Positions 1 through 11,487 of a DNA stretch of 23,799 bases are shown piece after piece. Position 1 is the stretch's first letter; each line of letters opens with the position of its first letter. The stretch comes from Macrostomum lignano. Taxonomy: Eukaryota. The notes beneath the pieces were generated by a model. That model saw only the letters and a program-made list of their open reading frames with translations, was not told the origin of the DNA and made no database searches. The stretch spans positions 1 through 23,799 of the forward strand of contig NIVC01003484.1 in the NCBI GenBank assembly GCA_002269645.1, written 5' to 3'. The translations under genes were made by a program, and so were the position numbers.

Positions 1-2629
1 TATTATTGATGAATTTTGTGTTTTTATCAGTGAAGTCAAGTCAATAGTCATAATTTTGATTAGATATAAATTATCACTTAGACTAAAACCTTTTTAAGGG
101 TTTATTAAAGCGATACAATAAACAGTAATATTCAGCCATGTAAATTAAGTATACACAGAATTTCTAGTTCTGGTATTTTTCTTAGTATAAAAATAATGAC
201 TAGGGCCTAAAGACATGTGTATATGCATTTTGAGCCTAACTAAATACCACATGATCTTTGAACTATAGATAGCAACAATAAATACATTAAAAAATTAAAG
301 CTAGCATATATATACAACAAACAGAACTTCAAAAGTAATATTTTACCCAAATGCAAAGGCAACTATCTAGTTGTTAATAACCATAGGATAATTTCAAAAA
401 AATCCTTATAGGCCTAACAAGGGTTTTGGATTTTTTAGATTTCTTAGTTTTTGCTTCTGTAACTATAACCTGAGTTTTACCTAACTAGTATGATGTAGTT
501 TTCTATGAAAATACAATGTCATACATGTATCTAGAGAGCCTTTTTAGAACATAGCTATGCTTTACATAAAATTTGAATATTTTCCCTCTTTGGCTTAAGC
601 TATTTAATGCTAATCTTATCTTTATATTTATGTTTTTCAATCACTTAGGTAAGTTTTCTTATTTCTATATTTTTTTGTCTTATAAACTTAAGTTTTTGAC
701 TTGTCCCTTAATAGTTTAAATGCCTTTTTGACCAGTTTTGTTATATACCTATTGGCTATTGGCTACTTTATCTACTAGTCATATTGGCTAGGTCAGCTAG
801 GTATTGCCCATACTTTCAAAAATAATAATTTCATGATGATGCATAAAAATGTCTATGCAATACTGCCAATAGGACCTGGGCTAGAGTATCCTTACACTGA
901 ATACATTATATATATAGTATATTTAGATAATAGTAAAACATACCATTTTTATTGATGACAATTCAAAGTAATTAAAAGCACTTAAATTAATTAGTCCATT
1001 GAAAACAAAAGCAATTAATTAAATAGGCCCTATATCAGGATAGTGGTGCAGATGCAACTGTACGAGCAAATTGCAAGAGTGAACTAAGAGATTTTTTAAA
1101 TACAGGTCCAGAGTTTTAGGCTATAAATCTAGTGAAAAGCACCCAGTTTGTGACATAAAATGAAACCAACTGTTGCCTGTTGTTTTGAAAATTTTTATAA
1201 ATGAAATCACATCACAGTCACACCAATCCAATGCAAACCTAAATGTGACAATATTGAAAAGCAATATAATATATGGTTGTAAACTAATTCATTCGAATCG
1301 AAAGACACTAAAGTTAAAGACTAGCTATTTAATCATGATTACAGTTACTTACAAAAGATTATACAGACATGTAAGTTATATTCTATTCTATTAGTGTAGT
1401 TTGCACGAAAACTATTCTTTCACGCGTTTAAATTGTAAATGCGCGCTTTTAACAGTGAAACAAAAACTAAAAGTTTAATTCAGTATTATATGGCAAAAGT
1501 TTATATACGAACAATAAATTATTGTCAGTGAGTTTTCAACTTGACTTTTTTCGCTGTTGGTGTTTATTCTTTATCGTAAAAGAGTTCTGTTCTGTTCCGT
1601 TCTGTTATGTTCATTTTCTGCTCTATTCTCGTGGGCTGAGAGAGACTAGGCTAGTGCTTCTTTCAGCAGAAATAGAAAAATAGACTAGACGGATTTAATT
1701 GCCCTCATATGCCTAAATAAAATTCCACCCCGCCCTAAAAAATTGTACTAATACCATGTGTCGCGTTCTGTATAAAATTAAAGGCGCTTGATCAGAAAGT
1801 CCGGGAATGTTCAATACTTTATGGCTACACATATACGACCATTGACACTCAATACTAGGATTGAGATACATGTATTCTTTCACTGGTACACTGATCCTAA
1901 AAATGGCTCTGCCTGTTTTGGAGTGCGCATCTAATTTATCAGACGAATTGTCTCGCACACCCAAGCAAAAAAAATTTAGCATTTGAAGTCATTGCCATTC
2001 GCACAGGAACTCTATTGAGCTTGTGGAGCTATGTGTAAAGATCGTCAAGGGTAGAAAAATACGCTCCATAATTCTTTGTTTTCAGAGAACTACATGTATG
2101 CTGATTTAATGCTGAGCTCTAAATGTACATGTACAGTTTGGGGCCACGGAAGAAGCAAGCAATCTATTAAATCACCCGCGGAAAATCTAGCACTATCTAA
2201 GATAGCTCATTAATTTTTTGTCCCCATACCCCTCCACTGTTCCCCACCACATCCCCGCCCAATGATGAATCCTCCATGACAAGCCTCTAAAGCGGCCACA
2301 AAATACAAGACAAACAAGAAAAACGTTTACGTTGAAATCAAGTTATTTCAATTAAGTGAACTGAATTAAAATTACTTAATTTGCATTAGCATTCAATCAC
2401 AATTTTACGACAAAGTCAATGGAGCGCTAATTGTCGATGTCATAGAGAGAACCATGTCTCTACTGTATCGAACTAGTTTCGGAGCTATTCAAAGCGATTT
2501 TTTGCCAATTCTAGTGTATTTATAGATAGGAAAAGTCCAAGAAATGTAACTTGCATTTGCCAAACTGTATCGTTGAAGATTTGGCTTCATAATCTTGAGT
2601 TCGAGCCGACAAATTGATCAGGTCTTTAA

Positions 2630-2700
2630 CCCCAAGACTGCAGGGCAGGCCAAGCCGCAAACTGTGTCTATGGCATGAACTCATCAGCGCAGTCTAGGGG
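2630..2700. mobile_element. 71-bp piggyBac-like micro-MITE / internally deleted remnant
   Basis: TTAA (2626-2629) + CCCCAAGACTGC ... GCAGTCTAGGGG + TTAA (2701-2704). This is a 12-bp terminal inverted repeat with 1 mismatch, CCC..GGG ends and a TTAA duplication, which are the hallmarks of piggyBac. Confidence 0.65.
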
Positions 2701-3373
2701 TTAATCTAAGAACATCCACCCCCGGATCCAGGCGAGCCTAATTAAGCATTACTTACGTGACATCCCAACAGAGCGCCACAGGAAGGACCCGAGGACCTCC
2801 CTGTCCGTGATCATCAAAGAATTAGACCTAAGCAACCGTAAGCCCTCCAGGTAATAAGTAGTCTTCTAAGTATTCTTACGCTCCACGCAGGCCCTTCAAG
2901 GATTGGTGGAATGGGTGACGCCTCAAAGCTGTCATCAAAGCGGTCGAACAAAGGAAAAGCATTAATGCTCAACGAGATTAACAACAGCTTCTGGAAAGAA
3001 GCAAGATAGTAATTTCTATATCAGCTACTTTTGAGCAAACCTTGTACGTGGCGTCAGTAGATAACTAATTATATTTCTCCTTAATTTATAACTCTTGTTG
3101 TTAAAAAGTACAACAGTTACTCGAGGATTACGAGTATAATATTTTCTGCATTTTCATGATCGCGAATGTCTACAGGTAATTAATTTTACGATAGATTTAC
3201 AGATTTACACGTAACCGTACATGCAGCATTGAGGTAAAATGTACACGTCACATGAAAAAACTTAGAATTATAGTAGAATTGAAAGAAATAAATAAAACAT
3301 CAAACAAACCGGTTCAAGAAGAATCTTCCCAAATCTCACACATGCAGCCATACGCTGGTACAGGACATGTAAA

Positions 3374-4912
3374 TCAGAAATTTTTATACGTGTTGTGCAG
3401 CCAAACTCGATTATCTCTGCGACGCCAGCGCGACAGTTCAGCTGCTGCGGCTGCTTCGGCAGCCCCGCCCGCCTCCTCCGGTATCGACGGCGGAGGCGGA
3501 GGAGACATCAGCAGCACCGATCGAGGGCTGTTCGATCGCCCGGCAGTGGGGCGACCGTCCGGCGAACCCAGCAACAGGAAGTTGTCCGAGTGACGCGATG
3601 GGCGCAGCTCCCTAGTGAACTCTTCCTCGTCGACCAGATTGTCTAGCGAATAGTCTCCTGTCACGGGGTCGATGTCGCTCATTCTGGACATAGAATAACT
3701 ACTAGCTCCTGCAGTCTCGGCGCTGATCAAACGATGTCGGCTTGCATGCAGGCTCTGCTTCGAATGCTGATTTTCCGGCTTGCGATACCGATCCGACGCG
3801 ATGTCATGAATATCGTCAATGATTTTTTCTATGTCAACCAATTCAACTGGATAGGCAACGCCGCGTCTAGCTGGCGGTTCGTCTAGCTGAAGAAGCAACA
3901 GCTGGTGCTGCCTCCGACCCATTGGATCGCCGGCAGTGTGACCCGCACCGCCGACGGGCTGGCTCGCGAGATTCTGCTCTGACCGACTGCGGAGCAGCTC
4001 TCCTGACATTGCCGCCGGCAGACGCTGTTGTTTCTGCTGCGGTTGCCGATGCTGCTGAGGGGCGCGCCTTCCTCGGCGCTCTGCCGAGCCCCGATTGCCG
4101 CCGTAGAACAGAGCGTCTTTGAGCTCTCTTAGCTCGCCGACCAGATTTGAAAGTGACCGACCTGTACGAGAACCGCTGCCTAGCGAATCTTCGGTGGTGG
4201 CTGTCAGAGGCGGCGGTGGGGTGACCATGTTCTCAAGGTATCGCCGGACAGTCTCCTCTTTGGGTAGCGATTCGAGTGTAGTGACTGCCTGTCTCGAGAT
4301 TGCATCTTCGGCCGCCTCTTTCCTAGCAGGTGGACGCCCGTCCTCGTCGAATGGGTCGACGCCGCGAGCCGGTGGTCGAGACATCATCAGTCTATGATTG
4401 ATGACAATCGGCTGCGGTATGACCTCAATGATTTCCGTCCCGCTCCGACTGCTCGAGGCCATCGAGCGATCTGTCCGGCGTCGGAAGCGGCCGCCGCCTC
4501 CACCGCGTTGAAGCTGATCGCGGTCTGACAGTTGCTCTCGTTCCGGTGGAAACTGAAAACTGCTGCCGGCAGCTTTCAGGGGCACTGCCGGGGACGCTTC
4601 AAACTCTTCTTCGTCGCTGGACCCGGCCAGGCTCTGGCTGGGCTCCAGGGCCGCGAACGCCGGATCTCCATCGGGTTCCGCTTGACGTTCGCGACTATCG
4701 AGTAGCTCGCGATATTCTCCGACGCTGATAGCCTCATTGCTTTTTGTTTGATCAACTGAGAGAAGTTTTCGCAGCAGGTTGGTTCTGTGGGTTGGATTCA
4801 TGCACGGGCATAGTATAAGTTTTTGTAAGGGAATAAAAAAAACTGGTTCTCCTATGATTCTATTCGGGATATGTGCGACCGACAGCTCGGCCGCAGCTAT
4901 TGTGCGGCGCAT
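3374..4912 (-). CDS. Host gene 3'-terminal exon(s): low-complexity, Pro/Gln/Ser/Ala-rich, probably disordered C-terminal region of the Sec14-spectrin protein
   Basis: 512-codon GC-rich open frame starting directly after acceptor CCTTCAG (AG at 4914-4913), ending TGA at 3376-3374, followed by AT-rich sequence. It may contain an in-frame 99-nt intron (4785-4883). No recognisable globular domain. Confidence 0.75.
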   Translation of the reverse strand: MRRTIAAAELSVAHIPNRIIGEPVFFIPLQKLILCPCMNPTHRTNLLRKLLSVDQTKSNEAISVGEYRELLDSRERQAEPDGDPAFAALEPSQSLAGSSDEEEFEASPAVPLKAAGSSFQFPPEREQLSDRDQLQRGGGGGRFRRRTDRSMASSSRSGTEIIEVIPQPIVINHRLMMSRPPARGVDPFDEDGRPPARKEAAEDAISRQAVTTLESLPKEETVRRYLENMVTPPPPLTATTEDSLGSGSRTGRSLSNLVGELRELKDALFYGGNRGSAERRGRRAPQQHRQPQQKQQRLPAAMSGELLRSRSEQNLASQPVGGAGHTAGDPMGRRQHQLLLLQLDEPPARRGVAYPVELVDIEKIIDDIHDIASDRYRKPENQHSKQSLHASRHRLISAETAGASSYSMSRMSDIDPVTGDYSLDNLVDEEEFTRELRPSRHSDNFLLLGSPDGRPTAGRSNSPRSVLLMSPPPPPSIPEEAGGAAEAAAAAELSRWRRRDNRVWLHNTYKNF

Positions 4913-5149
4913 CTGAAGGCTGCTTACGGTTGTTCATTCTAAGGACCGGGGGGTCGCCACACACCCTCAATTACCCCCAGCTAATATTAGTACCCATTTG
5001 ACCCAAAAAGTACCCAAAAAGTACCCAAAAACAGGTACCTTCACAGTCATACACTAAACTAAACACCATCGAAGTAGGTTCCTCAGCCTGCTTTGATTGT
5101 TATTACTGCTTCTTAACAGCGCTATCTGCTGCTCTAGAAATCTCCGCAC

Positions 5150-5391
5150 CTGTACAATAGCAGCTGAGCTTCCTGACGAATCTCGGAATTGTCAATCAGT
5201 GCCATGGACTCCGTAATGTCGTCAACTTGCGCACTGGTCGGGCATGGATGCTGCTTTAGAAAGGCTTTCGCTACTGGAGGCCATTTGCTGGCTATTGGTA
5301 GCGAATCGCTTGCTTGCAAACGGCTGTGACTCGCTGGCCGCAGCAGATCCAGAGGCAGCTTACGCATGCAGCGACGGTACCATTTCAGCAT
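5150..5391 (-). CDS. Host gene exon (helical/spectrin-like region; MLKWYRRCMRKLP...FLKQHPCP...QEAQLLLYR)
   Basis: Acceptor AATTCCAG|ATG at 5392/5391 and donor TACAG|GTGCGG at 5150/5149. Phase 0 matches the upstream exon. The FL..HP.P motif followed by a helix resembles, from memory, the pre-DH region of PLEKHG4/ARHGEF40-like proteins. Confidence 0.65.
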
Positions 5392-5553
5392 CTGGAATTG
5401 ATTGCGAATTTTATTTCTCGAGTTTTTAGCTCGCTTTCAAAGCTTTTGAATTTGAATCGTAATTATATTGAAACAAGTTGTAGAAGCTGGAAGCCTGGGG
5501 CTAGCCACATCAACCAAAGTAGAGAATAAAACATGCCACTGGCTAGCGTCTGA

Positions 5554-5876
5554 CCCGTAAAGCAATCCGACGTTGGTGACGACGTATAGCTATCCGTCGA
5601 TGTAAATTTAAAAGTACATACTTTTTCAGAGACGTCGATAGACGTCGGTGTAATGTAAAAGTATACGTATTTTTTACAGCGTTGCGTCTGTGCTTCTGTT
5701 CTACAGCGACGTATAACGACGTCATACTTCAGTAAACGTCGGTGTAATTTAAAATTGCATATTAAATCGATGGGTGATGACGTCATATGTCGGCTGAACG
5801 TCGGTGCAATATAAAAGTATGCACATATTTGTCATCGACGTCAATAGACACCGGGAACGTCGAATTGCTCTACAAG
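5554..5876. mobile_element. Degenerate non-autonomous TIR element (EnSpm/CMC-like MITE) with repeated ACGTC motifs
   Basis: Left end CCCGTAAAGCAATCCGACGTT; the right end reverse-complements to ..GTAGAGCAATTCGACGTT. Many internal GACGTC/AACGTC motifs. The outer 3 bp of the right end are degenerate and no TSD was found. Confidence 0.5.
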
Positions 5877-5965
5877 CATCATTGACATTTCTCTATTTAA
5901 CTTATGCAGTGGAGGCACGCAGTGCTCTAAGCAAATATAAGTCCGATGTCTACACAGCGCCTTAC

Positions 5966-6189
5966 CTCTGCGCAGCCGCCGAAGAAGGCGCAAATCCTGA
6001 TCAGCTGTTCGCTAGTCAATTTTATCCGCTCGTTGAAATTCTTCAGTTTGGCTTCCAATTCGTCGGCAAGTTGCGCCGCTTCGTGCGGCTCGCCGCCGAC
6101 CCCGCTGGGCGGTAGTGCTGCCGCCATCGGCGAAGTCTGCCAGTCAGAGTGCGGCATTCGGCAAGTTTAGAGGCAGACGGTTCCAGCAC
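5966..6189 (-). CDS. Host gene exon (spectrin-like helix; ...AAQLADELEAKLKNFNERIKLTSEQLIRICAFFGGCAE), one internal frameshift
   Basis: Acceptor GCCACAG|GTG at 6190/6189 and donor GAG|GTAAGG at 5966/5965. ORFs 6043-6225 and 5927-6157 overlap in different frames and each supplies part of the exon. Confidence 0.65.
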
Positions 6190-6971
6190 CTGTGGCAACG
6201 ATATCAACAGGGAATAGATGTGCATGTAGATAAAAGAGAATCAAATCGTTTTTTGGAACGGGGGAATATTGCGTTGTGAGCGAATAAAACAACAACAATT
6301 TTAAGTAACCGAATAATGCGATCTCGTAGACACAAATTCGAAATCAATCTGTCAAGGCTCATGCTTGCTGGAAATTGCTGAGTTGCCAAGGGTCAATTAG
6401 GAGCTTTTGGTAGCCCAAGCATCAAAGAAAGATTATAGTTAAGCCATAGCTTCAATACCAAAGCTCACAGGGGGTGCTGATATCTTAGGCTAGGTCTTTC
6501 AGGCTAAAGACATCATTGTCCTTAAGAAACTAGCACAATGACTGTACATGTAAAAAGGTCAAAAGCTACATGTAGTTGTCCATGTGTGGTTGGAACATGC
6601 GCAGAGAAACAGGTAGCATAGATGCAAGGAAATTCTTGATTTAATTAATATTGATGATGAGGCGGAAGGCCTTTTGTTTCAATAGATGGAATGGCAGCGA
6701 AGATTTTGCACTGCATTGCGCGTATATTTATACAAGTGAAAACAGCGCGAGATTATTGGGCCAAGGGAGGTGCGCACATGTGGCGTGGCGTGATTGGCTA
6801 CGCCAACCCCCCTGGCTTAGCGAGCCGGCTAGCTAGACAGAGGTTGGCGGGGGGTTTCCAGTGCGGCTGCACTGGTGCTGCCGGTCGCGGAGTCTGGCCG
6901 CCACAATGAGTAATATTATCATTAGCTAAAACAGCTTTAAGAGACGCATTAGGCCAGATAGATAACGTTAC

Positions 6972-7509
6972 CTGTATCCGCATTTTCTCTCTGGCATCTC
7001 GGCATCCTTGTCATTTTTGATTTGCAATTGAACGAGTGTCCACTCTCTTGGCCACCTCCTTGCTCCATCGATCCAGCCAGTCGCCCAGCTCGAGGACGGA
7101 CCTTCTGTAGTCTCCCAATCGACCATCAACCAACAAGCCGGCTTCAGCCTGCTTCCACTTATCCTGCAACAGCTGGCGCAGTTCGTCGAGTTTAGCCTGT
7201 AATCTTTCCAGCCGTTCGATAAATGGCCGAAGCAAACTGTTCCCAGCGAGAGCTCTCGTCTCCGGGTGATTCGCTGGCTCCTTGCAGGCTGCCAGTAGCT
7301 GAGCCACTCTCCGAAGTTGCTTCCAAGCCGAGCGACGCCGTGACCCGCTGGAATTGGTCCTGCATGCCGTGCGCGGACTCTTGTAGCGAGGCCTCACCGG
7401 CCTCGCCGCCATTCTCCGACTGATTGTCTTTCAATCTGGCCAGGCTGTCCACAGCTGCCGGGGCCCGGTCCGCGATGTCGGTCACCTCGGCTAGCAGAGT
7501 GTCGAATTG
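6972..7509 (-). CDS. Host gene exon, spectrin-like repeat (QFDTLLAEVTDIA...FIERLERLQAKLDELRQLLQDKWKQAE...LELGDWLDRWSKE), with a frameshift near 7320 and an in-frame TGA at 7011-7013
   Basis: Acceptor ATTTGCAG|CAA at 7510/7509 and donor CAG|GTAACG at 6972/6971. Amphipathic helices with the W..L pattern of spectrin repeats. Assembled from ORFs 7192-7515 and 7011-7412. Confidence 0.7.
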
Positions 7510-7769
7510 CTGCAAATAATGAATTAGAAGTGAAAGTTAATTCGTATCAACATATGTCACAAATGAGGGGATCACAGCTCAAATCCATTTTTAAACGGAT
7601 CCCGGAGTTTCTCGAAAAGCTTTGGACGTTGTATTGATTAATTGGTTAGAAAAGTTTCAGGCACTGCTTCGAGAATTTTAGCTGCTTTTCGTGCGATTCA
7701 CTTCCAGGGCCAACCCCCTAGGTACAGAGAGTGTACACGCCTGTTGAATAGAAAGTCAAGGTAGCTGTG

Positions 7770-7872
7770 CACCCTGTGTGAGTGCGTGTCTGTGTACAGT
7801 ATTGGGGCGCTTGCGTGTGCTCAGGAGTCAGCGCAATGGACAGCATCGCCTCAGCGCCGGTTGTGGGGCGAT
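7770..7872 (+). repeat. Dispersed repeat copy (partial), inverted relative to 18504-18613
   Basis: CACCCTGTGTGAG..TGTACAGTA..GGAGTCAG..CAGCGCC(AT)GGTTGTGGG(G/A)CGAT aligns by eye with the reverse complement of 18504-18613. Confidence 0.6.
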
Positions 7873-8746
7873 GTCGCCGAATTGACGTTGCGCCAGGGTG
7901 GCCCGCAGCCCTACTGCAGGTAAAAAAATCAATGAAAATTTGCTGGCGATTCCGCAACCTGACGGTGTCACTTCCGTGACTCACGGACCCGATGATGCAG
8001 TGCTGTCTTGCATCCGCTAGATGCACTTCAAGCAGAAAAAAAAACTTTTTGGATATATACCAGGTAGCTAGACCTACTTTTTCATGGAATTTACTTCAGG
8101 TCCCAGTGCAGTACTTTAACACATACATCGATATTGACTTAAACTTTAGATATGGGAAAAAGCAGGAAATATCCAGAACTAATAGAGTCAATCTTTGACT
8201 TTGCGAGTTGGTTTTGTTTGAATAGAGTGTCAGAAACTCCCCAGCCCTCGTCAGTTAACTGTAAATTTTGACAGGCGCTCAGTTTTACTAATAAAACCAT
8301 GCACTTAGGACTTCCTACTTGACTCACTCTGCACAGAAATAGTTCTCACTTTAAACCCCACGAGAGGAAGGAAAATGTCTCGTAGAAGCCAACTAAAGTC
8401 TGGTCTCCAACAGCTGAAAAGTTTCTACAGAACGATATTTCTTCAGGCTGGGCATTAGAAATTCAGTAGCTATATTATATTGCAGTTGCTTCACTTGCAT
8501 GACGCACGCCTGTTTAAATATAGACTTTTTCTATAACTGAGAGTAGCTAGTGAAAAAGCTGTCAGTACTGCTTCTCGTTGTAGTTAGGACGTATATGCAA
8601 TAAAATTTTTTAACAGCTTGTAAGAAACTGCATTAATGAGGCACACGCGTCTATTAGAAAAACTTGTAATATGTTGCTTAATTTTTGTGCTGTTACATAA
8701 GTAGCATCTGAGGCGTAATCAGGATTCCTTATTTAGGGGCGTCTTT

Positions 8747-8800
8747 GGCTTTAGCATCAGGGACTTTAGCACCAGGGGCTTTTAGCAACAAGGGGCTTTA
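8747..8800. repeat. Left stub (~3-4 units) of the 15-bp GGGGCTTTAGCA(C/T)CA minisatellite
   Basis: GGCTTTAGCATCAGGGACTTTAGCACCAGGGGCTTTTAGCAACAAGGGGCTTTA, ending at the TA target of the transposon and continuing at 16886. Confidence 0.9.
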
Positions 8801-8815
8801 CACTGTAATTCCTAA

Positions 8816-9010
8816 AGGTCCGAAGAAGGTCCGGGAAAGGTCCATTGTGGAGGGTCCGGAGCGTCGAAATAACGGACCATGAAAGGTCCGTATTTTGATG
8901 GGTCCGTATTGTAAAGTCCGTATTGCAAGGTCCGTATTTTGAAAGGTCCGTATTTTGAAAGGTCCCTATTGCAAAGTCCATATTTTTCAGATGTCTGCAT
9001 TATGGGTCCG
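8816..9010 (+). repeat. Subterminal (A)AGGTCCG repeats, likely transposase/ORF2 binding sites
   Basis: About a dozen GGTCCG/AGGTCC-type motifs, several as GAAAGGTCCGTATTTT, mirrored by CGGACC(TT) motifs at 16798-16870. Subterminal repeats are a known CACTA feature. Confidence 0.75.
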
Positions 9011-9639
9011 AAATATAAAAACGATTACACCCCAAAATGTATTCACTTGATCTGCAAGACACAAAATACCCACTATTATAGGTATGAATTTTATGAATTT
9101 CCTTACCTGTAAAATTGTTCCCAATTACATTATGTGAGGCATACAATGTTGTCAGTCATTGCTCAATTTAAGAAAAGTAAGAAGTGAAGCATTCGTAATC
9201 AACAATTGCATGTTTATGAAGGATGTTAACCAATTTAAAGTATTTTTTATGGTATATAAAGATTGATCCTAAAATATTTATTGTTGTAGTACAAAAACAG
9301 TGGTAATAATAATATTTAGTAATTATTTGTTGCACATTACACATTGCGAATAAGTGTTTGCTTTGGTCACTCAAAGAGTGAAGTTGAATATACAGACTAA
9401 AAAGCACAAACTAAATACACAGGGCAATAAATAAGCAGCCAACATCGCCGTGACCTCTGATGACAGATAACACTCTATGATTATGATTGTGAATATGAAA
9501 ATAAATATTGTGATTGTGATTAGGCTTGTGATTACGATTAATTCACAGTCATATTCAATCGTACTAACATGAAAATGAATATAATTATTATAAAAATGAA
9601 AATGATTACAATAGTCATGTCTAGGCGTTATAAAATCAT

Positions 9640-11397
9640 CTAACGAAGTGCATCCAAAATAGCTACTGCAGCCTTGCGGACGGCTTTCTTGCGAAGGCCC
9701 GACAGCACTTCGATTACCTCCAGAAACGCCTCTAGGGCAGGGAGGTGCTGGAGGTTGAACGCGATGAAGACAATTACAAATGCAATTATCGAGTCAGTAA
9801 CACTGTCGAATGGGATGCTCGCACCGTTGACGAAAACGCCGCACCATTTTCCATCCTCTGTCAGAATTCTGACTGGCAGTGCGTCGCGAAGAATAATAGA
9901 CGGGTCGACTCGCAACGACCGAGAAGAAGAAAGACAGCCACAGGCAGCTTGTCCTCCTCTGAAACAACTGGCAATTCCACATAATCCTTGCACAGCTTGA
10001 AATTTTTTAGCAACTGCCTTTTACTGTACACAAGCAACAAGGCGTTAATAATCCTGCTTCTCATTTCCGATGGACTTGGTGGAAGTACATAGTCAGTTTT
10101 GCTTCTGTTGTATGTCTGGATCATGAGATACGCCTCCTGCTGCAGTACTGCGATGTTTACCAGTGGCGCATATAAGGCAATTTCGTCACTAACCGTCAAA
10201 TCTTGGCACCGCAATATTCGAATCGGAAACAGAGCCTGCATTTCGTTGAGAACGTCTGATATTGAAGAGTCATGATGAGTCTCGTTCAATCTCGTTCGAC
10301 GAGCTTCGTGTGACGGTGGTACATCGGTATCGAACTCGCCGAAGTCAACGCTCTTCGCCATTGCACTGCCAGCATCGTCTGCATCACTATCATCATCGCC
10401 TTCTTCTTCGATCAGATCTTCGTCGTCGTTGATACGCTGCTTGTTGGCTCTTTTAGCACGTGAAGCTATAATTTCATTGTCGTCATCATCTTCCTGGCCT
10501 TCAACTTCCTTGTACTGCCGTTTATGCCTTTGGCTCACAGTAACCGCACTTGGGCCTGCAGCAGCTGCAGCAGCATTTGGTAGAATTATACGCCGATGAC
10601 CAAGTTGACCATGCTTCCGTCGCATCTCCTGAACCGTTGGGCTGCTCTTGTCGACAAAGTCGCCAACGAACCGGAGCTCTTTGAAACGCCGAATAAGCTT
10701 TTGGCGCCAAAAGCTTGAGCTCCCACTTAATGAGGTGTCCTTCAGTCCAGGATACGAAGTTACTATGGAAGTGCACACATCTGTTATCTGGCTAGATGAC
10801 AGGTATGGTTCATTTGGCGACAGATAGTTCAAACAGATGTGATCGACGATGAATTTAAGGAACTTGTTGACAAACGTCGCGTTCATTTTTAAATCGGAAC
10901 CCTTTTCGGGGTGCATTCGTAGATCACGAAGGGCGTTGGCGAGATCGTCCATTCGTGGAAGCGAGTACACTTCGGGCCATGGAAGTGTAGTTGCAGCCGT
11001 AGCTGCTACAGCTGGATTTGGACTCAGAGCCTGTGTGCCTCGACTCGGTGTTGTGGCAATCTCGACATTGCGTATTTCGCTTTGCTGCTTTGGTGTAGTT
11101 GAAGGTTCTACAGGGCATGCACCGCAGCTTGGAAGCAACTCTCCAGAAAGAAGGAAGTACACAGTTCTACATTCCTTTGCCACTCCGATATTAAATCATC
11201 GTCGTCGATTTCGAAACCGTCAGAAGTGACAATGCGAACATTTTCAACATCTGCAATGTCCAATTTTAAACAACCTTTGATGCGAAGGTCCGCCAAGGTC
11301 AGGCCAGAAGCTGGAAGGAGCTTCTTGCGCTCTCTGAGCCGTTGCAGATTCGAAGCTGAAATGAGGTATGATGTGCACAACCTCAATCAGAATACAT
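9640..11397 (-). CDS. Transposon ORF2 (~586 aa after repairing three 1-nt indels): CIDE-N/ubiquitin-fold-like N-terminus, conserved helical middle domain, acidic linker, conserved C-terminal domain
   Basis: Joins ORFs 11108-11386, 9861-11183 and 9640-9993 by restoring single bases at ~11385, ~11183 and ~9906. Motifs 'IVTSYPGLKD...FWRQKLIRRFKELR' and 'AFVIVFIAFNLQH..LEAFLEVIE' resemble the SAMD3-like accessory ORFs of animal EnSpm-type elements (recognition from memory, not a search). ATG at 11397 follows acceptor TTACCAG. Confidence 0.78.
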
Positions 11398-11487
11398 CTG
11401 GTAAGACACAGATAAAATGAATTTATAAAGCCAAGGAATTCTTGTTCATTATGATTTTTCGGCTTTTGTCCTTGGCTTGACTTAATG

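Noticed and set aside
1-2500. Short ORFs 1173-1394 and 1713-1982 and the AT-rich region
   Set aside because: No motifs, TIRs or splice-consistent coding signal recognised; treated as intergenic or 3' flank.
2720-3010. GC-richer patch with fragments such as AGPSRIGGMG that recall the LINE 'P...GGLG' motif
   Set aside because: Multiple stops and too little similarity to call without a search.
3252-4728. Plus-strand ORFs (3252-3593, 3395-3646, 3922-4122, 4119-4397, 4546-4728)
   Set aside because: Antisense shadows of the GC-rich 512-codon minus-strand ORF with no independent motifs.
7718-8026. Possible exon (minus ORF 7718-8026, or plus-strand MDSIASAP...LLQ|GTAAAA)
   Set aside because: Overlaps the dispersed repeat shared with 18504-18613; the host exons on either side already join in phase; no family motif.
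9674-11420. Plus-strand ORFs over transposon ORF2 (9674-10000, 9745-9984, 10849-11229, 11226-11420)
   Set aside because: Antisense shadows of ORF2.
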